Shown here: positions 30,032 through 39,530 of the stretch, in pieces
How the letters are laid out: each line of letters starts with the position of its first letter
Position numbering within the stretch: the first letter of the stretch is position 1
NCBI GenBank assembly: GCA_021824125.1
Contig: JAKALO010000002.1
Location: forward strand, 1 to 56,793
DNA: 56,793 bases
Direction: 5' to 3'
DNA from: Deltaproteobacteria bacterium
GTDB taxonomy: Bacteria > Desulfobacterota > Deferrimicrobia > Deferrimicrobiales > Deferrimicrobiaceae
Program-made: the position numbers and the translations under genes
Notes under the pieces: model-generated
What the model saw: the letters and a program-made list of their open reading frames with translations, nothing else
Databases searched by the model: none
What the model was told of the DNA's origin: nothing

Positions 30032-31162
30032 GTGGGCACGTTAAAACTGCTCCAGGGTAACGAGGCGTGCGCGGAAGGGGCCCTCTACGCGGGATGCACC
30101 TTCTTCGCCGGGTACCCGATCACCCCCTCGACGGAGGTGGCGGAATACCTTTCGAGGCGGCTCCCGCTGATCGGGGGGGCCTTCATCCAGATGGAGGACG
30201 AGATAGCGGCCATGGGAGCCGTCATCGGCGCCTCCCTTGCCGGGAAGAAATCCCTCACGGCCACGTCCGGCCCGGGTTTTTCGCTCAAGCAGGAGAACAT
30301 GGGTTTCGGCATGCTCTGCGAGGTTCCCTGCGTGATCGTGGACGTCATGCGAGGCGGCCCCTCGACCGGCGTTCCTACCGGACCCAGCCAGAGCGACATC
30401 ATGCAGTGCAAGTGGGGGACGCACGGCGACCACCCGGTCATCTGCCTGACGCCCGGGTACGTCCAGGAGATCTTCTCCGAGACGGTTCGCGCGTTCAACC
30501 TGTCGGAGAGGTACCGCACGCCGGTGATAGTGGCCTTCGACGAGATCATCGGGCACATGCGCGAGAAGATAGAGATCCCCGACAAGGGGGTGCTCGAGGT
30601 CGAAAACCGTAAACGGCCGACCTGTTCGCCGGCGGAATACAAGCCGTTCGACGAGACGAAGGGGGACGTGCCGCCGGTGGCCGATTTCTTCAGCGGGTAC
30701 CGTCAGCACATAACGGGCCTCAACCACCACTCGGACGGGTTCCCGGTGAACGCGCACCCGCGGATCCACACCGACGAGCAGAGGCTCATCCGAAAGGTGG
30801 AAGGCAACAGGAAGGACATCATTCGTTACGAAACGTTCATGCTTGAAGACGCGGAAGTGGCGATATTCGCGTACGGCGTCTCCGGGCGGTCCGGCAAGAA
30901 CGCCGTGGAGCAGGCCCGCGCGGCCGGCATAAAGGCCGGGCTCTTCCGCCCGCTGACGATCTGGCCGTTTCCGGAGGATGAGGTGGCGGCGCTGGCTTCC
31001 CGCGTTCGCGCGATCGTCGTCCCGGAACTGTCCCTCGGGCAGATAATCTTCGAGGTGGAACGGTGCGCCAAGGGGAAGTGCAGGGTCGAGGGGATCTACC
31101 GCGTCGACGGGGACCCGATCACGCCCGAACAGATCTTCGACAAGATCAAGGAGGTGAAGTAG
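30032..31162 (+). CDS. korA: 2-oxoacid:ferredoxin oxidoreductase alpha subunit
   Basis: LLQGNEACAEGALYAGCTFFAGYPITPSTE and IQMEDEIAAMGAVIGASLAG. GTG start with an AAGGAG Shine-Dalgarno. Confidence 0.9.
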   Translation: MGTLKLLQGNEACAEGALYAGCTFFAGYPITPSTEVAEYLSRRLPLIGGAFIQMEDEIAAMGAVIGASLAGKKSLTATSGPGFSLKQENMGFGMLCEVPCVIVDVMRGGPSTGVPTGPSQSDIMQCKWGTHGDHPVICLTPGYVQEIFSETVRAFNLSERYRTPVIVAFDEIIGHMREKIEIPDKGVLEVENRKRPTCSPAEYKPFDETKGDVPPVADFFSGYRQHITGLNHHSDGFPVNAHPRIHTDEQRLIRKVEGNRKDIIRYETFMLEDAEVAIFAYGVSGRSGKNAVEQARAAGIKAGLFRPLTIWPFPEDEVAALASRVRAIVVPELSLGQIIFEVERCAKGKCRVEGIYRVDGDPITPEQIFDKIKEVK

Positions 31163-31993
31163 ATGTCCTTCAACTACGATCAATACATCCGTGGGGGAAA
31201 GCTCCCCCACATCTGGTGCCCCGGGTGCACCTACGGGATCGTATTCAAGTCGCTCCTGCGCGCCGTCGATTTCCTGAAGATCCAGAAGGACGACATCGCG
31301 CTCGTCTCCGGGATCGGCTGCGCGTCCCGCCTGCCGGGATACGTCGACTGGAACACGCTCCACACGACTCACGGCCGCGCCCTTCCGTTCGCGACGGGTC
31401 TCAAGCTGTCATGTCCCGACAAAAAGGTGATGGTGATCAGCGGCGACGGCGACGCGACGGCCATCGGCGGGAACCACTTCATACACGCCTGCCGACGCAA
31501 CATAGACATCACGACCATAGTGCTCAACAACTTCATATACGGCATGACCGGGGGCCAGCACTCCCCGACCACGCCGGTCGGGCACCTGGCGAGCACGATG
31601 CCTTACGGCAACGTGGACCCGAACTTCAACATCCCCGATCTCGCAAAGGGCGCGGGGGCGTCCTGGGTGGGCCGGGGGACGGCTTACCACGTCCCGGCTC
31701 TCGACAAGCTGATAATCGAGGCGATACAGCACAAGGGCATGTCGGTGCTCGAGATCATAAACGCCTGCCCGACGACCTACGGCAGGCGGAACAAGTTCAA
31801 GAGCGCGACCGACCAGCTGCTCTGGATGAAGGACAACTCGCTTCCCATCACGGCGTTCGACAAGCTCCCCCCGGAGAAGACCGCGGGCAAGTTCCCGACG
31901 GGCGTCCTGTTCAAGAAAGAGGCGCCGGAGTACTGCGATACGTATTACGCCATGGTGGAGCGCGTCAGGAAACCGAAAGAGGGGAGGGCCTGA
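31163..31993 (+). CDS. korB: 2-oxoacid:ferredoxin oxidoreductase beta subunit (TPP-binding)
   Basis: WCPGCTYG, the TPP motif ISGDGDATAIGGNHFIHACRRN, and YGMTGGQ. Confidence 0.9.
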   Translation: MSFNYDQYIRGGKLPHIWCPGCTYGIVFKSLLRAVDFLKIQKDDIALVSGIGCASRLPGYVDWNTLHTTHGRALPFATGLKLSCPDKKVMVISGDGDATAIGGNHFIHACRRNIDITTIVLNNFIYGMTGGQHSPTTPVGHLASTMPYGNVDPNFNIPDLAKGAGASWVGRGTAYHVPALDKLIIEAIQHKGMSVLEIINACPTTYGRRNKFKSATDQLLWMKDNSLPITAFDKLPPEKTAGKFPTGVLFKKEAPEYCDTYYAMVERVRKPKEGRA

Positions 31994-31997
31994 GAAG

Positions 31998-32546
31998 ATG
32001 AGCGAACGCTACGAGGTGCGTTTTTCAGGATCCGGCGGACAGGGGCTGATCCTGGCGGGAGTCATCTTCGCCGAGGCGGCTACGATATTCGACAAGATAA
32101 ACGCGGTCCAGAGCCAGTCCTACGGCCCGGAGGCGCGCGGCGGCGCCTCCAAGTCTGAAGTCATCATATCCGACAGGCCCATCGATTTTCCCAAGGCCCG
32201 GGCGATCGACCTGCAGCTCTCGCTGACGCAGGAATCGTGCACGAAGTATTACAAGGACATCAAGGATACCGGCACGCTGCTGGTGGACGAGGACTTCGTA
32301 AAGGATATCCCCAAGGGGAAATTCAAGGTGATCAGCATGCCGATCATCCGGACGGCTTCCGAGGAGATAGGGAAGGCGTTCGTCGCCAACATAGTCGCCC
32401 TGGGGGCCATCACTGCCCTGACCGGCAAGGTGACGATCGCGTCGGTGGAAAAAGCCGTCCTTTCCAGGGTTCCGAAGGGGACGGAAGAGCTGAACAAGAA
32501 GGCGCTCAAGGCCGGGTACGACATGGCCAAGACCAAGATGAATTAG
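31998..32546 (+). CDS. korC: 2-oxoacid:ferredoxin oxidoreductase gamma subunit
   Basis: [22 protein letters not shown] and [18 protein letters not shown]. Confidence 0.9.
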   Translation: MSERYEVRFSGSGGQGLILAGVIFAEAATIFDKINAVQSQSYGPEARGGASKSEVIISDRPIDFPKARAIDLQLSLTQESCTKYYKDIKDTGTLLVDEDFVKDIPKGKFKVISMPIIRTASEEIGKAFVANIVALGAITALTGKVTIASVEKAVLSRVPKGTEELNKKALKAGYDMAKTKMN

Positions 32547-32560
32547 CGCCCATGCACCAC

Positions 32561-32986
<426 letters not shown>

Positions 32987-33023
32987 TAAAGTCGTTTTCC
33001 GGTCCACGTCACATTGAAAAAAC

Positions 33024-33055
33024 CCCGGGAAGAACGATTTCCCGGGTTTTTTTTT
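33024..33055 (+). terminator. Rho-independent terminator after ndk
   Basis: CCCGGGAA (33024-33031), 7 nt loop, TTCCCGGG (33039-33046), followed by T9. An A-run lies on the 5' side. Confidence 0.8.
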
Positions 33056-33137
33056 ACCCGGCCATTCCGGATGTCGCTACGCCTCCAGGACTCCCCCCGT
33101 CGTGTTCCGTCTTTGGCTCTCCTGCTATGATGTAGCG

Positions 33138-34199
33138 ATGCGAACCGGCGAACAGGATCTTCGTACAGACCTGAAGGGTATGACCCTGGCGGAACTGGAG
33201 AACTTCCTTTCCCGCTGGGGGAAGGAGCGGTACCGGGCGAGGCAGGTCTCCCGATGGATCTACCAGCGGTTCGCCGAAGACTTCATGGCCATGACGGACC
33301 TCTCGAAATCCTTCCGCGAGGAACTTTCGCGGGAGTGCCTCATTTCGTCTCCGCCCGCCGAACGTGTCGAGACCTCTTCGGACGGCACGGAGAAATTCCT
33401 GTTCCGGCTGGAGGACGGGGAAACGGTCGAGAGCGTTCTCATACCGGAGGAGGACCGACGGACCCTGTGCATCTCCTCCCAGGTCGGGTGCGCGCTCCGC
33501 TGCGGTTTCTGCGCGACCGGCGCGATGGGTTTTCGCCGGAACATGACGTCGGCCGAGATCGTCCACCAGGTCTGCTTCGCCCTGAAACGGCTTGCGGAGA
33601 AAAGGGAGCGCCTGACCAACGTCGTTTTCATGGGGATGGGGGAGCCGCTGGAGAATGCGCGGGAGGTCTCGAAGACGATAGCGATCCTGCTGTCCCAGTT
33701 CGGCTTCGGCATTTCGGGGAAACGGGTGACGGTCTCCACGGCGGGCGTTGTGCCGGCGATGCTGGCGCTGGCGGAGGAATTCCCCGTGAGCTTCGCCGTG
33801 TCGATCAACGCGCCGACCGACGCGCTCCGGTCGGCGCTGATGCCGGTGAACCGGAAATACCCCCTGAAGGAGCTGGTCACCGTGATGAAAAGTATCCCCC
33901 TGCGGAGCGACCGGAAGGTGACCGCGGAGTACGTGCTGCTTGGAGGGGTGAACGACTCGGAGAAGGACGCCTGCGGCCTCGCGCGCCTGCTCAAGGGGGC
34001 GCGGGTCAAGGTCAACCTCATCCCGTACAACGCGCACGAGCACGGGGATTTCACTTCGCCGTCCGGGGAAACGGTGAACCGGTTCCGCGATGTCCTGCTG
34101 GCCGCCGGCATCCAGGCGATCACGCGGGAACGCCGTGGGGGAGACATCCGGGCCGCTTGCGGGCAACTCCGGGGCGCGGCGCAAGCAAAAACACCTTGA
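33138..34199 (+). CDS. rlmN: 23S rRNA/tRNA (adenine-C2)-methyltransferase RlmN (radical SAM)
   Basis: YRARQVSRWIY, radical-SAM CALRCGFCATG, MGMGEPL and AACGQL. ATG 33138 is preferred over the track start 33102. Confidence 0.9.
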   Translation: MRTGEQDLRTDLKGMTLAELENFLSRWGKERYRARQVSRWIYQRFAEDFMAMTDLSKSFREELSRECLISSPPAERVETSSDGTEKFLFRLEDGETVESVLIPEEDRRTLCISSQVGCALRCGFCATGAMGFRRNMTSAEIVHQVCFALKRLAEKRERLTNVVFMGMGEPLENAREVSKTIAILLSQFGFGISGKRVTVSTAGVVPAMLALAEEFPVSFAVSINAPTDALRSALMPVNRKYPLKELVTVMKSIPLRSDRKVTAEYVLLGGVNDSEKDACGLARLLKGARVKVNLIPYNAHEHGDFTSPSGETVNRFRDVLLAAGIQAITRERRGGDIRAACGQLRGAAQAKTP

Positions 34200-34274
34200 G
34201 CGACGCGAAGGTTCTCCATATATTGAAATGGTCGTCCGGAACGGGACCGCACTCTCAAGCAAAGAAAGGGAATC

Positions 34275-35132
34275 ATGACGGGTATCCTCGGGATCATCGG
34301 CGGTTCGGGCCTCTACGAGATGGAGGGGCTGAAAAACGTCCGGAACGTGTCCGTGAGGACGCCCTTCGGGGACCCGTCCGACGCCCTGGTGGTGGGCGAG
34401 ATCGAGGGGCGGACCCTGGCTTTCCTCCCACGGCACGGCAAGGGCCACCGGATCATCCCCTCGCAGATAAACTACCGCGCGAACATCTACGCCCTGAAAA
34501 AAGTCGGCGTGAAGTGGATTCTTTCCATCTCCGCCGTCGGGAGCATGAAGAATGGCATCCGGCCGGGGGACATCGTGGTGGTCGACCAGTTCTACGACCA
34601 CACGAAGTTCCGCCCGAACACGTTTTTCGGTGACGGCGTCGTCGGCCACATCCCCTTCGCCGACCCGGTCTGCCCGAACCTGGCCGGCATCGCCTTCGCG
34701 GAGTCGAAGAAAGTCGTGAGGCGGACCCACCGCGGCGGGACCTATCTCTGCATGGAGGGCCCCGCGTTCTCCACCCGCGCCGAATCCCGGATCTACCGGA
34801 AGTGGGGAGTGGACGTGATCGGGATGACGAACATGCCCGAGGCGAAGCTTGCCCGGGAGGCCGAGCTCTGCTACGCGACACTGGCTCTCGCGACCGATTA
34901 CGACTGCTGGCACGAAACGGAAGAAGACGTCTCGATCGAGGCGATCCTCGCCATCATCCGTAAAAACGTCGAGAACTCGAAGGGGATCATCCGGGGGGTG
35001 GCCCGCCGCCTTCCCGGCAAGGCGCCGTGCGGATGCGGCGAATCCCTCAAGTACGCCGTCATCACCGACAGGAAGCGGATCCCGGCGGCCGCCGGGAAAC
35101 GGCTCTCACTGCTGATCGGGAAGTACCTGTGA
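34275..35132 (+). CDS. mtnP: S-methyl-5'-thioadenosine phosphorylase
   Basis: LGIIGGSGLYEMEGL, FLPRHGKGHRIIPSQINYRANI and GMTNMPEAKLAREAE. 285 aa. Confidence 0.85.
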   Translation: MTGILGIIGGSGLYEMEGLKNVRNVSVRTPFGDPSDALVVGEIEGRTLAFLPRHGKGHRIIPSQINYRANIYALKKVGVKWILSISAVGSMKNGIRPGDIVVVDQFYDHTKFRPNTFFGDGVVGHIPFADPVCPNLAGIAFAESKKVVRRTHRGGTYLCMEGPAFSTRAESRIYRKWGVDVIGMTNMPEAKLAREAELCYATLALATDYDCWHETEEDVSIEAILAIIRKNVENSKGIIRGVARRLPGKAPCGCGESLKYAVITDRKRIPAAAGKRLSLLIGKYL

Positions 35133-35887
35133 GCAGCCGCAGGATCCTGGTTTCCATCGCCTGCGTGGCCCTCGTCGGCTGCGCGTCGCCTTCCCCGGAC
35201 ATGAAAAAGGAAGCCGCGGCCCGCATGCAGATGGGCGTCACCTACCTGGAGCAGCGGAATCTGCCGTCCGCGATGCGTGAGCTGGCCAAGGCATCGGAAC
35301 TCGACCCGGGCAACCCGGAGATCGACATGGCGCTGGGGCTGGCCTACCAGGCACGCGGCGACCAGGGGAAATCCGAGGAGCACTTCCGCACCGCGATCCG
35401 CAAGAAGCCCGACTACGCCGAGGCGCACAACAACCTGGGGATCGTCCTCTCCAACCTCGGGCGGGGGGAAGAGGCGATCCGGGAGTTCGAGGCCGCGGTG
35501 TCCAACGTCATGTATCCGACGCCGGAAAGGGCTTACTACAACATGGGCGAGGAGCACCGCCGCCGGAAGAACTTCGCGAAGGCCGAAGAGTCGTACCGGA
35601 TGGCGATTTCGTTGAACGACAGGTATGTGGACGCCTACCTTCGCCTCGCGCTCCTCCAGGGGGACGGCGGGCGGTCGGCGGACGCGGCCAGGACGCTGGA
35701 GGCCTGCGTCTCGTTGGTCCCTGCCCACGGCCCGGCGTGGATGGACCTTGGGCGTATTTATCTTTTCCTGGGCAGGAAAGGCGAAGCCCACGACGCTTTC
35801 CAGGGTGCTCTTGCCAACTCGACGGACCCGGCCTTGCGGAAGCAGGCGGCCGAGTACATCGATATCCTGGGGCAGGCAAAAAGGTGA
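35129..35887 (+). CDS. pilW: Type IV pilus biogenesis/stability TPR lipoprotein PilW (PilF-like)
   Basis: Real part of ORF 35027..35887. Lipobox VALVGCAS, and TPR repeats (MGVTYLEQRNLPSAMRELAKASELDPGNPEIDMALGLAYQARGD...). The GTG at 35129 overlaps the mtnP stop (GTGA). Confidence 0.7.
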   Translation: MSSRRILVSIACVALVGCASPSPDMKKEAAARMQMGVTYLEQRNLPSAMRELAKASELDPGNPEIDMALGLAYQARGDQGKSEEHFRTAIRKKPDYAEAHNNLGIVLSNLGRGEEAIREFEAAVSNVMYPTPERAYYNMGEEHRRRKNFAKAEESYRMAISLNDRYVDAYLRLALLQGDGGRSADAARTLEACVSLVPAHGPAWMDLGRIYLFLGRKGEAHDAFQGALANSTDPALRKQAAEYIDILGQAKR

Positions 35888-35898
35888 CGGGGGAGGCG

Positions 35899-36705
35899 AT
35901 GGGCACGGGCGAGGCGTGGAAGAAGGAACGCGAGGCCAGGGGGATGACCCTGGACGATGCCTCCGCCGTCCTCCACGTCAGCACGAAATACCTCCGCGGG
36001 ATCGAGGAGGGGGACTTCACGGGATGGCCGGAACGGGTGTTTTCCTCGGGCTACATCCGGGCGTATGCGAAGCACCTGTCGCAGGATCCGGAGCCCCTTC
36101 TCTCCGAGTATTACCGTCACATCCAGACGCAGGAGGTGAAGGAGCCGGAAACGCAGGTCAGGCCCGAGTGGCTGGAGAGGGAGCGCCGGCGGGGAAGCAG
36201 GAGGGCCTCTTATGCGATTGCCGCGGCAGTCGTCCTGCTCGTGGGGCTGGCGCTCGCATGGTACAGCCGGAGGATCGCCTCGCGTCCGGTTCCCGCTCCG
36301 CAGGTCGTTGCGGTTCCGCCTGCCGCGCCGGCTTCCAGCCCTGCCGAGAACGCCGCGACAACGCCTCCCGGGAGCGGCTCCGACAACGGGTCGGCCGCCC
36401 AGGTTGCGCCGCAGGCGGCCGATCCACAGGGTTCCGTGGCGTCCGTGGGGGGCGTGGGCCCCGTGAAATCGCCCTACCAGCTATTCATCGAGTCCGTCGA
36501 ATTGACATGGTTGATGTACACGATGGACGACGGGCAACCCATGGACGTAATGCTTTACCCCGGGGACAAGATCAGCATCCAGGCGAAGCGCAAGATACTC
36601 CTGAAGATGGGGAACGCGGGAGGCGTGGTGGGGACCCTGAACGGTAAACCGTTGCCGCCCTTCGGGGAAAGGGGACAGGTGAAGGAGTTCAGCATCGGCG
36701 AGTAG
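35899..36705 (+). CDS. rodZ: RodZ-like cytoskeleton protein (HTH + TM + DUF4115-like C-terminus)
   Basis: Real part of ORF 35737..36705. MGTGEAWKKEREARGMTLDDASAVLHVSTKYLRGIEEGDF, one TM segment (YAIAAAVVLLVGLALAWY), a Pro/Ala-rich linker and a C-terminal beta domain. GTG 35884 (GTGA overlap with pilW) is an alternative start. Confidence 0.75.
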   Translation: MGTGEAWKKEREARGMTLDDASAVLHVSTKYLRGIEEGDFTGWPERVFSSGYIRAYAKHLSQDPEPLLSEYYRHIQTQEVKEPETQVRPEWLERERRRGSRRASYAIAAAVVLLVGLALAWYSRRIASRPVPAPQVVAVPPAAPASSPAENAATTPPGSGSDNGSAAQVAPQAADPQGSVASVGGVGPVKSPYQLFIESVELTWLMYTMDDGQPMDVMLYPGDKISIQAKRKILLKMGNAGGVVGTLNGKPLPPFGERGQVKEFSIGE

Positions 36706-36730
36706 GGACGCCCGGACCGTCCCTGTTTTT
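36705..36730 (+). terminator. Rho-independent terminator after rodZ
   Basis: GGGACG (36705-36710), 7 nt loop, CGTCCC (36718-36723), then TGTTTTT. Confidence 0.7.
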
Positions 36731-36753
36731 AAATCCGCCTGGGGGGGGGGTAG

Positions 36754-37497
36754 TTGCAGCGGACCGCGATATCTTGCCACAAGTGCGGCAAGAAAATGAA
36801 GAAGGAGAGGACCGATTTCGACCACACCCATTGGGTGTGCGCCTGCGGATTCCGGGAAAGGCTCCACTTCGTCCCGAAGGCCGCCGCCAAATCCCGCCAG
36901 GCGGAAGACATCTTCGCCCGCATTCGCTTCAAGGAAGGCGGGGACGTGATGCTGGAGGTCTCCAGGACGGACCGCGACCAGTACGAGCTCCTGTCCCTGG
37001 ACGAGATCAGCCGACTGGTAAGCGCGGATATTTCACTGTCGGAGATTCTCGACGAGATAACCGGGAAGATCGCGCGCCGCATGAAGGTCGAGGTGTGCTC
37101 CATCTACCTCAACCGTGGAGGGCAGCTCGTGCTTTCCGCCACGCACGGCCTTGCGAAAGACGCGGTGGGCAAGATCCGCCTCGCGATCGGCGAGGGGATC
37201 ACGGGGGCGGCGGCGAAGTCAGGCAGGCTGGTGGCCGTCCAGGACGCCGCGGCGGACCCGCGCTACCGGTATTTCGCGGCGGCCCGCGAGGAAAAGTACA
37301 AGGCGATGCTCTCCAACCCGATATTGGACGAAGGCCGTGTCGTCGGCGTGATCAACGTGCAGACCGTGCGCTCCAGGAGCTTCACGCCATCCGAGATCAG
37401 TTACATCACGATCGTCGCCAACCTCATCCGCACCTGCCTGAGGCTGCGGGACCGGGTCCGCGACATCCACCTGGAACCGCCCCCCGACGGCAGGTAG
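36754..37497 (+). CDS. Zinc-ribbon + GAF domain protein
   Basis: N-terminal CHKC...x17...CAC motif (MQRTAISCHKCGKKMKKERTDFDHTHWVCACG). GAF-like core (VCSIYLNRGGQLVLSATHGL...GEGITGAAAKSGRLVAVQDAAADPRYRYF...VGVINVQT). TTG start 3 nt after a G10 run. Confidence 0.65.
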   Translation: MQRTAISCHKCGKKMKKERTDFDHTHWVCACGFRERLHFVPKAAAKSRQAEDIFARIRFKEGGDVMLEVSRTDRDQYELLSLDEISRLVSADISLSEILDEITGKIARRMKVEVCSIYLNRGGQLVLSATHGLAKDAVGKIRLAIGEGITGAAAKSGRLVAVQDAAADPRYRYFAAAREEKYKAMLSNPILDEGRVVGVINVQTVRSRSFTPSEISYITIVANLIRTCLRLRDRVRDIHLEPPPDGR

Positions 37498-37747
37498 CGG
37501 GCCAGGGCCAGGTGGTCAAATTCATAAATCCGGCAACGTATCCAAACCGATCCCGGAAGTCGCTGCGCCTCGGGGAGCTCCCTTCGGCTGCGCTGCCTCG
37601 GAGGGGGGACTCCGTTCGTGGCTCGCCGTGCGGTGGACCTGCACGGCTGCGCTTTACCTCACTGCGCCCCCCCTCCTGCGGCTGCTTCGCCGGACCCACC
37701 CATTGCGTGCGCCTTCCGTGCTGTCTTTCTGATACGTCGCCGGACTT

Positions 37748-38530
37748 ATGAAACGGGGCATTTCAGCGGGGCCGCGCTCCTTCCGGTCTTCTCACGCATT
37801 CCTCATACGGTCGGTGGACGCCGGGGAGACCGATCGGCGGATCTCCTTTCTCACGGAGTCCGACGGCCTGGTCACGATGGTGGCGAAGGCCGCGCGCAGG
37901 AGCCGGAAACGGTTCGGGGGAACCCTTCAGAAATACTTTCTCCTGGACGTGTCCTGGACCGAGTCGCCGGGGAGGATGGCGGTCCTGGATTCGACCGCTC
38001 TCGTGGAGAGCTTCTGGGAGATCGCGGCGGACTGGGAGAAGGTCCGGCACGCGGACTACCTGCTGGAGCTTACGGCGACGCTCTTTCCGCAGCCGGGGCC
38101 CAAGCCCAGGGCGTTCGGCATTCTCCTGTGGGGGATCCGGTCGCTGGCGCTCGGGGTTTCCCCCGCCGCCGTGGGAAGGAAAACGGAGGCGGTCCTCCTT
38201 TCCGTGGGAGGGTGGGGACCCGACCTTGGCGCATGCCGCCGCTGCGGCCGTCACACGGAAGCCTTGAGGAAAGGGTCGGGGGGGACGGTCAGGTTTTTCC
38301 CGGACGAGGGAGGGTTTCTATGCGGGACCTGTTCATCCAAGGGCGGGATCCCTTTGTCCCTGGGTGCGGTGAAGACCTGGAAAGCGATCCAGGCCTCCTC
38401 CCCGCCGCTCCTCGGCAGGGTCCGCATTTCAGATGGTATACTTGAGGAATTACAACAAGTTATGCCGCAATATGTAGAGTTATACCTGGGGAGGACACTG
38501 CGCAGCCTGGGAGGCCCCCCCTCCTTCTGA
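37748..38530 (+). CDS. recO: DNA repair protein RecO
   Basis: HAFLIRSVDAGETDRRISFLTESDGLVTMVAKAARRSRKRFGG and zinc motif CRRCGR...CGTC. 260 aa. Confidence 0.85.
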   Translation: MKRGISAGPRSFRSSHAFLIRSVDAGETDRRISFLTESDGLVTMVAKAARRSRKRFGGTLQKYFLLDVSWTESPGRMAVLDSTALVESFWEIAADWEKVRHADYLLELTATLFPQPGPKPRAFGILLWGIRSLALGVSPAAVGRKTEAVLLSVGGWGPDLGACRRCGRHTEALRKGSGGTVRFFPDEGGFLCGTCSSKGGIPLSLGAVKTWKAIQASSPPLLGRVRISDGILEELQQVMPQYVELYLGRTLRSLGGPPSF

Positions 38531-38565
38531 AAGTCGTAAACCCCCTGTATTTATAGCAATTTATC

Positions 38566-38595
38566 TTGACACCCCGTTCGGCGGAGTGATATGTA
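38566..38595 (+). promoter_or_regulatory. Candidate sigma70 promoter for glyQS
   Basis: TTGACA (38566-38571), then TGaTATGTA (extended -10, hexamer 38590-38595) with an 18 nt spacer. An A/T-rich UP-like tract (TATTTATAGCAATTTAT) lies just upstream. Confidence 0.5.
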
Positions 38596-38626
38596 ACTTT
38601 ATCACTTTTCCATCCGGGAGGACGTT

Positions 38627-39505
38627 GTGCTATTCCAGGACCTGGTCCTTGCCCTGCAGCGCTTCTGGGCGGACAAAGGGTGTGTCATCCACCAGCCCTA
38701 CGATATCGAGGTCGGCGCCGGGACCTTCAACCCCGCGACGTTCCTTCGGGCCCTCGGGCCGGAGCCGTGGAACACGGCCTACGTGGAACCTTCGCGCCGC
38801 CCCACGGACGGCCGTTACGGAGAGAACCCGAACCGCCTCCAGCACTACTACCAGTACCAGGTGATCATGAAGCCCTGCCCCTACGACTACGTGGAGTTGT
38901 ACCTGGACTCCCTGAAAGCGGTCGGTATCGACCCGCTCAAGCACGACATACGGTTCGTGGAGGACGACTGGGAATCCCCGACGCTCGGCGCGTGGGGACT
39001 CGGCTGGGAGGTATGGCTGGACGGGATGGAAATCACCCAGTTCACCTACTTCCAGCAGTGCGGAGGGATCGACCTCAAGCCGGTGTCCGGGGAAATCACC
39101 TACGGCATCGAGCGGATCGCGATGTACCTCCAGAACGTCGAGAACGTGTTCGACCTGAAGTGGGTGGGGAACGTCACATACGGCGACGTCCACCACCGCG
39201 GCGAGGTGGAGTTCTCGAAATACAATTTCGAGGCGGCCGACATCCCGATGCTCTTCTCGCTGTTCACCATGTACGAGAAGGAGTGCCTCCAGCTGATCGA
39301 CAGGAAGCTCGTGCTTCCCGCGTACGATTATTGCCTCAAGTGCTCGCACACGTTCAACATGCTCGACGCCCGCGGGGCCATCTCCGTCACGGAGCGCACG
39401 TCCTACATCGGCAGGGTCCGCAACCTGGCCAGGTTCTGCGCTGAAGGGTTCCTGAAATCCCGGGAAGAGATGGGCTTCCCCCTTATGAAAAAGTTCTCCG
39501 CCTGA
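38627..39505 (+). CDS. glyQ: Glycine--tRNA ligase alpha subunit
   Basis: [46 protein letters not shown] and [23 protein letters not shown]. 292 aa. GTG start. Confidence 0.95.
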   Translation: MLFQDLVLALQRFWADKGCVIHQPYDIEVGAGTFNPATFLRALGPEPWNTAYVEPSRRPTDGRYGENPNRLQHYYQYQVIMKPCPYDYVELYLDSLKAVGIDPLKHDIRFVEDDWESPTLGAWGLGWEVWLDGMEITQFTYFQQCGGIDLKPVSGEITYGIERIAMYLQNVENVFDLKWVGNVTYGDVHHRGEVEFSKYNFEAADIPMLFSLFTMYEKECLQLIDRKLVLPAYDYCLKCSHTFNMLDARGAISVTERTSYIGRVRNLARFCAEGFLKSREEMGFPLMKKFSA

Positions 39506-39530
39506 CAATCCGCATCGAAGAAGAGGGGAT

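Noticed and set aside
37559-37700. Short-motif resemblance of the recO-upstream spacer (TCGCTGCGCCTCGG, TTCGGCTGCGCTG) to the GACTCGCTGCGCTCGGTCGTTCGGCTGCGGCG stretch of ColE1/pUC-type vector backbones. This raised the question of cloning-vector contamination.
   Set aside because: Matches are limited to ~10 nt GC-rich motifs with different spacing. The flanking genes are contiguous native chromosome, so this is not vector sequence.
38531-38626. Possible T-box or other aaRS leader upstream of glyQ, and likewise for tyrS, hisS, aspS and cysS.
   Set aside because: The glyQ gap is under 100 nt and is occupied by a promoter. The other synthetase genes overlap or abut their upstream genes. That leaves no room for a ~200 nt T-box leader.
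38627-39508. A 292 aa antisense ORF (38630..39508) that mirrors glyQ (38627..39505) almost exactly end to end. This is superficially reminiscent of sense/antisense aaRS-origin (Rodin-Ohno) ideas.
   Set aside because: The antisense translation ([36 protein letters not shown]...) has no family motifs. Codon bias toward G/C-ending codons removes stops in the complementary frame. The matching ends are explained by the A/T-richer flanks supplying the stops.
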